In this document: in pieces, positions 38,058 through 56,230 of the stretch
Layout: every line of letters starts with the position of its first letter
Numbering within the stretch: the stretch's first letter is position 1
Assembly (NCBI GenBank): GCA_051294375.1
Contig: CM119270.1
Location: forward strand, 3,836,301 to 3,900,300
Direction of reading: 5' to 3'
Length of the DNA stretch: 64,000 nt
Source: Paraspadella gotoi
Lineage: Eukaryota; Animalia; Chaetognatha
Translations under genes and position numbers: made by a program
Notes under the pieces: model-generated
Seen by the model: only the letters and a program-made list of their open reading frames with translations
Told to the model about the DNA's origin: nothing
Database searches by the model: none

Positions 38058-38894
38058 GCGTCATCAACGTCATTAACGTCAGCGCGTCGACGCCTCTACA
38101 ACGAAAAAAACCTCTTCTCTTCTTTATTGCGGTTTAAGTTTCATAATCGGCGGCGGATGAGCTGGCGGCTGCGGCGGCTGCGGCGGCGGCGTCAGCGGCT
38201 TCCATAAATCAGGCGGCGTCGACGGAATCTCTCGGCGTCGCTTGTCGTGTCTCCGTCTCTATCCCGCTTCCCCTCCCCTCCCTAATTTGCTCGACCGCTG
38301 ACCCACGAAATCAAATAATCAAATATAAACGAAGTGGATAAAATAAAAAGAACAAAAATAATTATTTTTATTTCTCGTTTTCATGTAGTCATCGGCAATT
38401 TTTTTTTTTTTAATTTTCTTTTAATTTCGCAATAATTGTTTTTTTTTTCTCGGGCGAACGGGGGCGGTTGGGGGCGGAGGGCGGGGGTCGGGGGGGGGGC
38501 GGGGGTCGGGGGGGAGTCATAAATAAAACAACGTCGGGGTTAAATCGAGATGAATTTAACGAAACAAAAAAACGACATAAGAGAGAGAAAAAAACATTTG
38601 ATCCAATATTTTGTTTTTGTTCTAAAAAAAAGGAGAAAAAATAACCGAAATAGTCTTTTTTTTTTCGAATAGAAATAACAAACTACAAAGAGAGTCAGAG
38701 AGAGAGTTGTCTCGCAAATCGTGACAATGTTAGTGGTCTCCCTTAGCCACCGAGATTATTCTTCAATTGATTAACCTCTCTACGGAATGTCGGGTGATGG
38801 TAAAGGGAAATTTAACTCGACCTGTGTGGGAGCGGATTGTGTGAGGGAAGACAATACCTCACGTGTTTATGAAGAATCACGTGAATGATCTCTC

Positions 38895-38954
<60 letters not shown>

Positions 38955-39088
38955 CATCCCATCCGCGAGTAAATTACGAGTACCGGTAATGAGCTATGAG
39001 GAGGAAGAGAGAGAGATTTTTTTGACTCGACTGAAAAACGAGAGAGAGAAAAGTTATGATAGTCCTGTAGGATTTTTCGATCAATCGC

Positions 39089-39170
<82 letters not shown>

Positions 39171-40073
39171 CGATGGAGAAAGGAAAATGAGAATTAATGA
39201 AAGAATTTTGAAAGAGTTTTTACTCGCTCTCGATTTTCAGTACGGGTTCGATATGAAACCGTCCATGGGAGTTTTTCTTTTTTTTTTTTAATTTTTTACT
39301 TAACGATTCAACGCTAACGAAAGTGGATCCCATTTTATCAATTCAACTTCCGAGTTTTATAAAATGAAAATCGTTTATTCGAGTACATTATTACGTTGCA
39401 TTTTCGGAAAAACGCATTACTTCCACAATGTTCAGATCCTGTTACAATTACAATGATGATTAACTTGTACTCACAGAGCGCACAAATTAGGCCGAACGAA
39501 GGATTGGTTAGAAACATCTCCACCCGTTTCTAATGATAAAATAGTACCATTTTGGCAACTTTTAGCCAAAAAAATTATGTCCATTTTTGTCCATTTTTAC
39601 TTACGACTTCTGATTTGAATGCCAAGGAAAGTTGAGAAAATTTTTTTACTTTGGAAATCCGTTCTTTCTTATCTTCTTTACCTTGGGTAAATTTATTAGC
39701 TTAAATCATTTATAGTTTGCCTATGAATTAATTTTAAAGTTAACAAGTCAAAAAGTTGGAGTTTCAGTCTTTATCATAATTTGTTAAACAAAAATAAATC
39801 AAATTGGTTGAAATTAACAGAAAATATAGCCTATTGAATAAGCTTTTAACACCTATAAAATTATCAAAAAAACTTTTTTGGTTTAGCCACAAATAATTTT
39901 TAAAGACGTCTTTTAAATTTGTGACTTTTTGTGATTTGCATTTATTTTTGATAAAGAGAATATTTCAACTCATTTATTAGTTTTAAAAGATGAGGTACTA
40001 CTGACCTTGATTAATTAAAAAAAACCGCATCCTTTTAACCCAATGGAAAGCGTCAGGACTTGTTTTTTCTCAG

Positions 40074-40118
40074 AATCGACAGATTTTGCGGAAAAATTTT
40101 CCGCAAAATCTGTCGATT
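40074..40118. repeat. Perfect palindrome, 22-bp arms with 1-nt spacer
   Basis: AATCGACAGATTTTGCGGAAAA-A-TTTTCCGCAAAATCTGTCGATT. Confidence 0.95.
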
Positions 40119-41457
40119 TACTAAATTTGCTAGGCAACAAAAATTGAAAGAAAAATCATGCGCTACCGTTCATTTTCTTTCTTATAATGAATCAAAGAAT
40201 TTTCATTGATTTGATTCAATCTAAATGAAGAAAATAAGTGATAAGAAAGAGGAAAGGGAGAACAAGAAGAGGAGAAGGGGAAGATGAGAGAGAATGAGGT
40301 GAAAAAAGGAAAAGAGAAGGCAAAGGGGATAAAAGTAGAGAGATAAAGATAAGGCGGGAAAGGAGGGGGAAATTTAAAGAAAAAGAAGGGAAAGAAAGGG
40401 AAGGAGAGAATAAGAGAAAAAAAAGATAAGGGAAATGGAGGAGAAGCAGGGAAAGGTAGGGGTAAAAAAATGGAAAGTGAGGTCGTGATATGAAAGGGAG
40501 AAAGAGGGTTAGAAAAAATGAAAAGCTGTGAAGAAGAAAGGTAACGAGAAAGAATAACAGAGAGGATATGAGAAGGAAAAAATGGTAACAGATATTGTGG
40601 TGTCTTTTCTGAATAGTTTGCTCTAAATAAAAGATACAAAAATTATTATAGGGAATTCGATCTTTAAAAGTTTTCTGTACCATGAAAATTCATACATACT
40701 TTTTTTAAAACTAAGGAAGTTAATGAGATTAGATTGATAAGCATCGAAGAAATCTTGTCTTACCGTATTTTTAACTCATAGAATTTTATCTGGGACGTAC
40801 TATGTCATAAGAGGAAGATAACTATAGCCTACCGTTTTTTTTAAATGAAGAAAGATTCATACTAGTCAATGAGATCATCAGAGATGAACGTAAATTAAGT
40901 TCAGATTCCATTGTCGAAAAGAGTCTGATTGTAGCGGAACCTTTATTAAATTAATATATTTTTTTCTCATTAACTACACGCAAATGTCTCAATCGTGGTT
41001 AAATTAACAAAAATAATCAAAGATGCGACAAAAAAAAAAAAAAAATAAGTAAGAAATAAAAAGACCTTTGATTAAAACGGGGTCAATAATCATCGAAGCA
41101 TCGAACTGACTCGATCCTGAAAAAACGGATCGCGATATTCATAAATTCTTTTGACGCGGGGGGGGGGGGAAATTTGGGTTTCGTATTCGTCGACAAAAAA
41201 ATGCGGAGATACTAAATATTATTGAATATCGTTTCGGACAAATAATCAGCCTTAGCGACAAACGTTACGATTTGCCATTCCATTCATGAAATTAACATCG
41301 TAATTCTCAAATTTAAAATTGTAATATTTCTCTTTAAGTTTTCGTGGAAATTATTTAATTATTCATTAACCTTCTCTAATAATAATAATAATAATTAAAT
41401 CCAACGCCCCGACACGATCTCTCTCTCTCTCTCCCTCTCTATATCTCCCGCTCTCCC

Positions 41458-45183
<3,726 letters not shown>

Positions 45184-45810
45184 TTACACTTGATTTTTAA
45201 AATGAAATGATCAGGAAATGGGTAGAGCCGATATAAAATTATCCATTCGTTCAATGAATAAGTTTTCTCGCTCCTGACTTTGGAAAGGCAATGTTTTGAT
45301 TTTTGTCGGTGCATAAATTATGGTAGGAATAATTGCCTAGAAGATTTAAATATTGTGAGAATGATTTTTTTCATGTTTACATATTGAATCGTATTTCATA
45401 TTTTTGATTAAAAACAAAAAAGGGTTTTGTTGTCAGCGACTCGGGTCGAATGCTAAACACTTATCCGCTTCGTACGAAACTCTATACCCTAACAAATAAC
45501 AATAGACTGTAACACGGTAAAAGTTGTTGCTTCGATAAAACAAAAGAGAGAGAGAGAGAGAATGAGAGAGAGGAGAGAGAGCAAGAGAGGAAGAGAGAGA
45601 GAGAGATAGAGAGAGAGAAGAGAGAGAGAGAGACCGCCAAGAGAACCACGAGAGGAGTCTAAAAATAGAAGGCCTCCCCCGTTATCTGAACAAATAAATC
45701 CAAGATAATTTACGCTCCCTGTCCAATCCACAACACCCGAAAAAAGGAAGGATAAAAGGAAAAAATGAAAGAATGCAAAGAAGACAGAAAAATTTGTGAG
45801 TTTGAGAGAG

Positions 45811-45858
<48 letters not shown>

Positions 45859-45859
45859 G

Positions 45860-45894
<35 letters not shown>

Positions 45895-46380
45895 AAGAAG
45901 AGAGATTTGGATAAACGCCTAAAAACATTTGCAGATTTTAAAACCGGAAACGATTTATTATATAAAGGAGAGACGAAAATATATTTTATTTAAATGTTTA
46001 GTTGCAGTAAATTTTCCGTGAAATGAGTGAGATTTCACTAAATTAACTTCGTTAGGGTTAGGGTATGATGTATGAGGCTTTCTCTATTTGTTTAAATTAG
46101 TTTTTTTTAAGTACAATATGACTGCACAAGATTAGAGGCGAATTTCAGTTTTTCGCGAATTTGCTCGAATTTCGAGTTTGGCCTGAAAACGACGGACGAC
46201 GATAGAGACGGAGACGAAAGCGCTATTTCTCGACGGCGATGGAATTCGATGGAATTTATGGAATCGATGGCAACGTTTCACTCTTTTTTTTTTTTTTGTT
46301 TCGCTCGAAAACGACGCTAAAATTCCCCGTTGGACCATCGCTTCTAATAATAGGCCTCTCCCCGTCCCCAGCGAGCAAAC

Positions 46381-46455
<75 letters not shown>

Positions 46456-46530
46456 AGATGAGTTGTGGGGGGAGGCATATTCCTTGGCAGTTGTGTCTGA
46501 TATTTTTTGCGAGCCAGAAAGAGTTCAGAG

Positions 46531-46603
<73 letters not shown>

Positions 46604-47117
46604 ACCCCAACCCACTACTAAGAACGAGAACTAAAGGAGGCGAATTATATAATTGCTTGTAAGTAAAAGAGAATTATTCATAGCAGAAGAGGAAAAGAAA
46701 AAAAAGAAAAAAGTAAACAATGAGACGAAACTAGAAGGCAGACGACTTTTTTATTGCGAGGGACAAGGACAAGGGACATGGACATGGAGAGAAATAAGGA
46801 AGTGTTAACAGACGAGTAGACATGGAGAGGCAAGAAGAAGACATGGATCAATCTCTAGTACTGAATACATCGTTCACTCGTTTAGCTTATTAGTTTATTG
46901 TATTCACCCCCTGATCAGCAATCCAATGTATAATGTTAAACAATATAAAATATCATTCTGCTTTCTATTATTATAATTTAAATGAATATTATAAATTCTA
47001 CTGTATTTGTAATCGAACTCGAAATTACATCAAGTTGCGGGGGTGAATTGGAAAATACAAAAAAGAATTCGTTTGGCGTGCGAGTGAAACAGTGAAAACA
47101 GACGGCGGCCCTTTGTC

Positions 47118-47193
<76 letters not shown>

Positions 47194-48804
47194 TGAGAGA
47201 GAGAGAGAGAGAGATCATTAGAGATGTTTGTCTTTAATTTTCCCAAAGATTCGTTTGTATTGGATTATTTTTCATCGCCTTCACTAGAGACGAATCCTTA
47301 TCGTTAACTCACTGTTTTTATTGATAGATTCTTTTAGGGAAATTGTTACTAAACATTTTAGCACATTTTTTATGATAAATAGAAACATTGCATATTTTTT
47401 ATAATGAAAATTTTACACGACGAATCCCTTCGCAAAGCCGCTCTCGACGATCCTTCGCTCATCTCATCGACCACCTCTCAGTCCGCGATCCCCTCAAGAC
47501 TCACCTTGGACCCTCCTCTAGACCCTCCTCTAGAACCCCCTCAAGACCCCCCGCTCGATCAACTTCTCGACCCTCCAGGCGACGTCGCCCGCCCTCCCTA
47601 CCTCATCTCGACGCAGTGGCGCCGCCAAACGCCAAGCGCCGGCGCCGCACAAATTCCCTTCGGGGTCGCAGCGTCAACTCTTACGACGATGGACGACAAC
47701 GGCGTCCAACATCTGTGGGACAAAAGCGCCATCTGCCGCAATGCATCATCATGGTGAGGATCGTCCGTCTGTGAGATGGGGTTGTTTTGTTAAGCTCGTT
47801 CATCTGTAAGACGAACGCGTTTAAAATCTAGGACAACAAATGGATCTCGCATTGAGAGTCTTCAATAGTCCAACTAGACTAGACTGGATGTGAGAGAGTC
47901 TGATTGGAAACTTGCAGGGCCTGCTAAGTTTTGAAGCTTGCAAGCCCTGCTTGTTTTATTTGAAGAGCGATGGAGTCCTTACCCGTCCAAGCCAAGTCAG
48001 GGGAAGTATAGCTTGTTTATTGAATGAATCTAATTTAAGTATTTATAGAAATTCAACCTAAAATTAAAACTGGTTACGATCACAAAATTTCACCGATAAC
48101 CATTAGAGTTAATATTAAAATGAAAGGACGCGAAATACATTGAGGGCCAAGAACGCGAATTAATTTTTTTTAATCGGAAAAAAGAAAAAAAAGGAAACTT
48201 AAAACAACGACAGATGTTTCGACTCAACAACAGATGTTTTTACTACAACAACAGATGGAATTTTCTTTGTTTGTTTTACTCGAATCGGTTTCGCATCGAA
48301 CATTACTTTATTTTTTTTTTAATGAAAAAAAAAGAAAAAAATGTGGAAAGAAAACCGTTGATATTTCTGTTGTATCCTTTTTTTTTAACTTTGAAAGTTG
48401 CGCAATCATTATATTATATTATCATTATATTATCATATAACAATTAATACAAAATATACTTATAATTACAAAAATTGTTTCTAGTAGTTAAGTAACGATG
48501 TCCTTCCTCGCTGGAAAATAAATCAGCTAGATTTCACTCACCCTTTCTTTTTTTTTTCTTTCTTTTTCCTTTCAATTTTCTATATTTTTTTCTTTTTTTC
48601 CTATTTTTTGCTTTCATTGCTTTCTTTTTTTCCTCTGTTTGACTGAGGACGAGTAGATTCCCACCTGATTTATTCTTTTTTTCCTCTACGTTCTCTTTTC
48701 ATCTCTTTCTTCTTCTTTTTTCTTTTTTACTCTCTTTTTTCTTTCTTTCTTTCTTTCTTTTTTATTTCGTTCTTCTTTCTTTCTTCTTTCTTTTTTTTTT
48801 TTCT

Positions 48805-48835
<31 letters not shown>

Positions 48836-49277
48836 TTTCTTTCTTTTTTCTTTCTTTCTTTCTTTCTTTATTTCTTTCTCTTTATACTTCTTTTTTTCTT
48901 TTTTCTATCGTTTTAGGCTTTTTCCCTCTTCTTCTTTCTAGCTTTCTTCTTCTCTATTTTTTATTAGTGTCTATCTTCTCTATGTCTGTTATCTGTCTGT
49001 CTATCCTATCTTTCTCTCCCCATGAAAGAGAAAACGTTAGATTCGGGATCTTAATTCGTTAACGGATTTAAAAGGATTTCCTTTCCTTCCGTTCCAAAAG
49101 CTTCTATCTCGTTTTTTCGGCTTTTCAGTCCAGTTTTTATACTTATTTTTTTTTTATTTTATCTTATTTATACTTATTTTTATATTTTTATTTATATATT
49201 ATTAACGAATGAAATTGGTACATCCAATCTAAAAATTATCAGTTCATTCAATAAAGAAGCTATCATGCCTACCAAGC

Positions 49278-49348
49278 TCCAAGACTCAAGACTCAAGACT
49301 CAAGACTCAAGACTCAAGACTCAAGACTCAGATCAAGACTCAAGACTC
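49278..49348. repeat. (CAAGACT)n heptamer repeat; inverted copy at 59521-59601
   Basis: Direct inspection. Confidence 0.95.
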
Positions 49349-49825
49349 GACTGTACAGTCTCGTTATTCACTCCCATTGGTTCCCTATCAAAAAATGTTT
49401 CAAAGAATGTTCAATTGTATAAAATAACCACTTCCTTAAGTAAGTTTAAAAAACTATTTCACACTCTGAACTATACTACACTATATTATACTATATACTA
49501 TAAGATATATGTTTTTATTTTCATTCAGTTATTATTCATTTTGTTATAGTAAATCCTTTTTTAAATGGCATCGACTTCTTTCCGTTTCCTCCTGGTCTTT
49601 CCCTTCTCTCGATCCTCGCACGTCTCCTTCTCTCGCTTCGTTATCGGCTTCAATTATCGCTCCAAATTATCGCTCCAATTATCGCTTTGAATGAAGGAAA
49701 GACGGAACGGCACGAACGGACAGACGGACTGCGGGTCGTACGAGCGACAGACAGACTGACCTCGGCGTCCCACTTCTTTGCTGCGCATGACGAATCAAGT
49801 ATTCGACTCGACCGTTTTTCTTGGC

Positions 49826-49870
<45 letters not shown>

Positions 49871-49874
49871 TTCT

Positions 49875-49906
<32 letters not shown>

Positions 49907-50641
49907 TTCCGAGCTTTTTTGGGATGGAGAAAAGGGGAATGAGTGTCCGAGATTAATCAACCTCAGGAATGTAATTCCTTTTAGATTAATACAACAATGT
50001 GAAGCCTTCTCTCTGGTTTTGGCGTCGTAGTCGTCGTCGCGTTTCTTCAAACATATTACTCGCTTCTCGAATGTTGAGTATGTATTTGAGAAAAGCTTGA
50101 GAGTTAATTTCAAAAATTACGAATTTATTTTTATGCCTTTTAAACTTAAACGTAGTATTTGTCACAAACTGTGCAAAATCTAAATTCGTTTTAAAATTCC
50201 AATTCTATTTTTAAATTGATGAATTAAATTAGGGGTTCAACGATTGTCGAAGGCATCAGACAACGCCCCCGCCGATAGCACGAACAATCACCCAGCTTCC
50301 ACCACCCCACTCGCACCTCCTCTCATCTTTTCTAAAAAAAACGCGTTTGTTAAGTTAAAAAAAAAAAACAGTTTCCTGGAAAACACGAGTTTCTGCCGAC
50401 GTAATAATTTCTTTCGAACAACATGCGATGACATTAATGTTTCTTCGCCCAAAAACAGAAATAAGAAAAAAGAAAAAAGACTTGGGAAAAAACAAAAAGT
50501 CAGGATTCCATTTCGCAGGATTGTTAATTTTTTATTTGTTTTTTTTTTTATTTTTTTTTTCTTTTACCAGAAAATTTGAAGAAAAAAAGTTCCCTCTTTT
50601 TAAATCCTTCTCACGTGAAAGTCTTGACAGACTCTCTCTTC

Positions 50642-50677
<36 letters not shown>

Positions 50678-51282
50678 GCTTACCCCTCTCTCCCCTCTCT
50701 CCCTCTTATTCCTCTCTTCACTTTTGCCCAAGGCAAAACTTGGCATCCAGATTTCTGGGCTTTCAACGCGGTATTAGTGAGAGGCATGGTAACTTTGGTA
50801 AGTCTGTGAGTCTGCGTGAGTCTCGTCAGATCCTCAATCGAGACGGGAGGCAGCTTGTGTGGGTCGGGCGGGCTTTGATATAGGTAAACTGGTGAGGTTA
50901 TAAATTTATAGTATATTTGTAGTATTTTAGAATCATCGCTCGAAAGGCTTTTTAAATTTATCACCTTTTTTTCATAAGCGCGGGTTTTCCTCAGAGGGAC
51001 TATCTTGACAAGTTGGTGAATTTATATTTCTTCTATATTAAATTCTTCTACCTTTCCAATATTGTTCCCTTTCTTTGTTCAGCTCATAAATGTCAAGTTT
51101 ATATTTCAAATTTTTACCGTCGATTCCAGAATTCTTGTCATACTTTTCATTTTTCCATTCTAAAATATTTAAATTCATTTTCATCATTTTTTTATATACT
51201 GATTTTTTAAATGCTTTATAATTGCCGATTCTCCGCAGTCCTATATACTTCTTGTCAGAGTCTTATCTAGTATAAAAGCTTC

Positions 51283-51475
51283 CCATCTCTAAGTCACCTC
51301 TCTAGTACCATCTCTAAGTCTCATCTTTTAAGTCTCATCTCTAAGTCCCATATTATAGTATCATCTCTAAGTCCATCTTAGTCCTTATCTCTAAGTCCAA
51401 ATCTCCTGTCCCATCTCCAGACTCATTTCTAAGTCCCAATCTAGGTCTCACTCTTAAGTCCCATCTTCTAAGTCC
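51283..51475. repeat. ~13-bp minisatellite (CCCATCTCTAAGT)n; inverted copy at ~57346-57565
   Basis: Direct inspection. Followed by a ~20-bp AGCTGAAAGAAAGGGAAGAA repeat at 51638-51995. Confidence 0.85.
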
Positions 51476-52983
51476 TCCGCTTCAAAATTCTCCCCATTCT
51501 ATTAAATTCTCATTACTTTCTCGTTCTGCATGCGGTTTTCGAAGGCGAGCTTCGAACTTTCCCTTGCGCTTTGGTTGTCAAAGTTCTCTTCTAAGCTGAA
51601 ATACGCGGAACCGAGATTCCTGACGAAATGGTAGGAGAAAGCTGAAGTAAAGGGCAAGAAAGCTCGAAGAAAGGGAAGAAAGCTGAAAGAAAGGGGAAGA
51701 GAAGCTGAAAGATATATGGGAAAGACAGCTGAATAAAGGTGAATGTTCAAGCCTGAAATAAATAGGTGCCGAAGAAAGTGAATAAGAATACATGTGGGAA
51801 GACTCAGCTGAACACTAACAAGGGGAAGATAGCTGAAGTAAGGGAAAAAGTCTGAAAGAAAAGGGAAAAAGCTGAAGAACAAGGGGAAGAAGCGAACAGA
51901 AAATGGGAAAGATTAGCTGAAAGAAAAAAGGGCGACGAAGCTGAAGAAAAAGGGGAGATTAAGCTGAAAGTAACAAAGAGAGAAACCTGAAAGAGAAGAG
52001 AAGAATTATAAAAAAAGCAAAAAGGAAAATGAAATAAAGCAAAAAAGCGTGGCTAAAACAAGGAATGGAAAAGCACCAGAATTAACATACAGAAAGGGAA
52101 AGAGTAGATAGAAACAGATTAGAGTTTAAACCGACCATTTACAAAACTTCAGTGGATCGAACAATTAATTAATTGATTAAAAAATAAGGCAGATATATTT
52201 AATTATGTTCTTTAATATACGATTCTTCAAACCAAAATTTTAAATCTTATTTTTTTTTTTTCTAGTTTTTTTGCGGTCTTTTTTTTTTCGTCTTCCAGGC
52301 AGATAGTCGCTCTCTTCTGTCATTGTATCATCTAATTAATCACTTTTTTGTCACTATCACCCACTCACTGCCGCGCACTCTCGGCACCCGACAGCAGTCA
52401 CCGTCATCGAGTACGTCCACGACTCGAGACGAGAGAGATGTACCAGCAGAGCGAGAGCACCTTCGATTCGAAGAGACACAAGAGACGAGGAGGATGCAGA
52501 CGAGAGCGAGGACGGAGATACCTCGTACTTTTCTTCTTATTTCTTTTTATATTTTCATTTTTCCATCATTTATAGATCTTAATCATTCAACCTTTCAATC
52601 CAATAGAGGCGATAGCTAAGCGGACGAGACGGAGAGATAGAAAAGAGAGGAAAAAACAGAAGAGAATCTTTTCCTTCTATTCTGTCCATCGCTATTGGAG
52701 AATGGTTGCGCGACAGGAGACGTCACTAGTAATTAGTTTTTCCTCCTCTCTATCCTTTCGATATTCTAGTTCTCTTCTCTCTCTTTCTCTCTCTCTCTCT
52801 CTTCATCTTCACTCTCTCTCTTTCTCTCTCTCCTCCTCCTTTTTTATCTTCACAAAGCCGGTGTGGATGCACGGTTGGTATATATGAACTTCTTCTTGGC
52901 CAGTGTCTAGAGACATTTGAACTTGAAAGCAATGCGAAGAGAGGCGTTGGTGGAGGGGAAGATGATGATGATGAATTGATGAA

Positions 52984-53020
<37 letters not shown>

Positions 53021-53370
53021 GATGATCGATGATGATTGCGGGATGGATGAATGGAATTTAAACGAATTCGACGTGCAAGACGCGATGACCCGGAAGGCGA
53101 AAAACAAACGATTTTAAAGCCACCGCTTGGACACATCTATCGGGTCGACAACGAACGACGACTGCGACGGACGAGACAGACGATTCACGGGAATAATCTT
53201 ATACAAGCTCCGGCAAATGTTGTTCTGCCTCGGTGTCGGCTGCCCGGGGGGATCGCTTGGTCAACAGTTGCGATTACATTCTTCGCGAGATTTTCAACTT
53301 AATCTCTCTCCGTCCCAATCTCTCTCAACTCCTCTCCTCGTCTCGTGCAGGCTGCCATATCTCTCTTCTT

Positions 53371-53409
<39 letters not shown>

Positions 53410-53561
53410 ACTCACACACATTTTTTGTCTCTCCTTTCATTTCTTTCATTTTTTCCTTTTATCTTCCTTTTTTTCGGTGTTTGTGGATTGACAGGGAGCT
53501 TGTAAATGGGTTGGATTATTTTGGGGTTCAGATAGCAACAGGGGATGGCCTTCTATTGTTT

Positions 53562-53627
<66 letters not shown>

Positions 53628-56042
53628 ATCTCTCTCTTCCTCTCTCCTCTCTATCTCTCTCGTCTGTTGTTTTATCGAGCAACAACTTTTACCGTGTTAC
53701 AGTCTATTGGTTATTTGTTAGGTATCAGAGTTCTGTACGACGCGATAGTGTTTACGCATTCGACCGCACCGCTCGCTGAACAAAACCCTTTTTTTGTTTT
53801 TAATCAAATATGAAATACGATTCCAATATGAAACATGAAAAAATCATTCTCGGGAGACAATATTTAATCTTCTAGGCAATTATTACCTACCATAATTTAT
53901 TGCACGACAAAATCAAAAATTGCCTTTCCAAAGTCAGGAGCGAGAAAAACTTATTCATTGAACGAATGGATAACTTTTATATCGCTCTACGCATTTACCT
54001 GATATTTCTATTTTAAAAATCAGTGTAACCATTAGCCTTTCTTAATTTTATTCTCTCTTTTCCTACTCCTCCTTGCCCCCGAGGTCCGGCGCGAGCCGCC
54101 GCCCTGGTACTGTTTGCCGCGGTTAGTAACCCAGCCCTCCATGGTGTGGCACTCCGTCCCACCGTTTTGTTTGATTCGTGTTTCGTTTGCCTGAATGGGG
54201 ACCTGTTGGCACTCCCGTGACCCCGCTGCTTACGTTTTCACCGTCTGCGCGATTTGTTCCGTCTATGCACCTCACAATGTTTCTTTTGGTTTGGATGTTG
54301 GTTTTGGTGGGGTCGTGTCTACGGAATGATGGGTGTGGGCTGTATCGTTGCCTTGTCGGTTGGTCGTCGTGATCTGTAGTGTTGTGTTGCTTGTCATAAG
54401 CCCCACCCCTACCCTTCCGTCCTTTTAACCCTCTCTTCATACTTCATCCCTCAACTCTTCCAGGGTCCCCCTACCCTTCCACCCCCACCTTTTCATATCC
54501 CTCACCTTCCTTACCCCACCTCTAGGCGCCGCAAATGCGGTAACCGCGCGCTCGGGTCATAGAAATTTCTAAATCTCCATCCGCGTCCTCGCCGCCGCGC
54601 GAGATGGACGTTCATTTCTTTCGATTCGCGACGAAAACTACTTCGTTCGGGTAAGTAAGTTTAGACTCTTTGGGGTGAGTTGATTTCAAGGGTTTTGGGT
54701 GAGTCCTTTCGAGGGCTTTTGAACTTTGGATCATGCGGTCGTTTTGAGCTTTGGGACGAGGTCAGTTTGATAGGTTTTGTGGTGACTAATTTTCGGTTTT
54801 CTCACGGCTCCTTCATTTTCTGTCGATTCTATCTTAATTTGAGAAGCGAAACTAATTATTATTTAAAAATTGAAGCCAGATCAGTGCGGCTAATACCTTC
54901 AGTGGCAGAGCAAAATAAAGTCCCTTTATTTTCGATCATAACATTGGGTTGAGTTTCCAATCGCTGTATTCAGTTATTTGATTCAATCATATCAATAGCA
55001 ATTGCATAATTCGCAGCATATATGCTATAACCCCCACGTTCTTCAGGTCTTGATTCTCGGTATCGCCGCAAGCATGCCGTCCACTTCCCGCCAGCATTCA
55101 CTTAGAGAAATCTCCCGCCTACTTCTCATCGTCGACGGAGTTCCGGAGCGAATCTTCGCGAACTGACTGACCGTCAAACATTCAATACGTCAGAGATCCT
55201 AGACGAGGCGGTCAGCGACTACGCCGCAGGTTTTCTTTCCTTTCGTTCTCTTGTTTCGGTTTGTAGTTCGCTAGTTTGCTCGTTCGTTTAATTCATTTTA
55301 TTTCCTAGGTTTATTTGTTCGTATCGCTCGTTCTTCTGTTTGTTTTGTTTCACGGTTATTTTTTTTTTTCAAGTTCAGCTTTGTTTTTGTTCATTGCTTC
55401 CCCGTTTCTGTTTTAAAATCTTTTTTTTTTATTCAATTTTTTATTTCATTTTTTAAAATTTTTCCTACATACTTACACGTTAGTAATAGGTTTTATCGTT
55501 TGTTTGTCATTCGTAATTTAATTCTTCGTTAGTTCTTCCTGCTTGTTCTTCTTTATTTTTAATTAATTTATTTTATATGTAATCCAATTATTTTGCCTTT
55601 ATTTTTTTTGTTTCTTTTCTTTTTAAATTTTTTTTATTCAATTTATTCATTTCAATTTCATAGCTAAATCCATTCTTCTCATTCACATACTACCACGGTT
55701 TCAGTAATAGATTTATTCGTTGTTTGCCGTTAGATATAATTTCTTCGTTAAGTTCTCTTCCTCTTCGACCTTGTTCCTTGTGTTAATTTTTCTTTAAACT
55801 TAACACTCCCATCCTGCCTCCCGGCATCCACGCGAACCGGACCTGATCCGCACGCAAGCCCACGACCCGTTCAGAAGACTACCCGATTACCAAGGACGGC
55901 GCCGTCAACCAGCCGCCTACAAGGCGGATTCCGTAGACATCGACCTAGCATATCACTTGAAGATGGCTCAAGTACGTTTAATTTTTTTTTTTTTTATTAA
56001 TACAAAAACAGTATTGANNNNNNNNNNNNNNNNNNNNNNNNN

Positions 56043-56076
<34 letters not shown>

Positions 56077-56196
56077 AAGTGAAAATCTTGGCGAGAAAAT
56101 GTGTCGGCCAGCTGTTGAGAAGCGATCCCCCCGGGCAGGCCGACGCCACCCGAGCAGAACGACATTTGCCGGAGCTTGAGATTAGTTCCCGGTGAA

Positions 56197-56230
<34 letters not shown>

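Larger units (their letters stand above)
47418..55971 (+). pseudogene. Frameshifted plus-strand copy of HS3ST exons (~47418-47752, ~54525-54650, ~55047-55229, ~55823-55971)
   Basis: KRHLPQCII at ~47720-47750, followed by degraded [17 protein letters not shown] and TKDGAVN exons with many 1-nt indels. Confidence 0.7.
45890..56017 (+). repeat. ~10-kb inverted duplicate of the HS3ST locus (reverse complement of 56043-63145 joined to that of ~43520-45890)
   Basis: 45901 onward is the reverse complement of 63145 downward. 53200-53310 mirrors 56070-56180, and 53400-55990 mirrors 45810-43520. Junctions lie in (AG)n tracts or N-gaps. Confidence 0.9.

Noticed and set aside
37914-39291. SLSL/RERE ORFs
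   Set aside because: Translations of (AG)n microsatellites.
47418-55971. A second functional HS3ST paralogue
   Set aside because: Introns are near-identical to the minus-strand copy while exons are riddled with indels, which fits a redundant unpolished copy.
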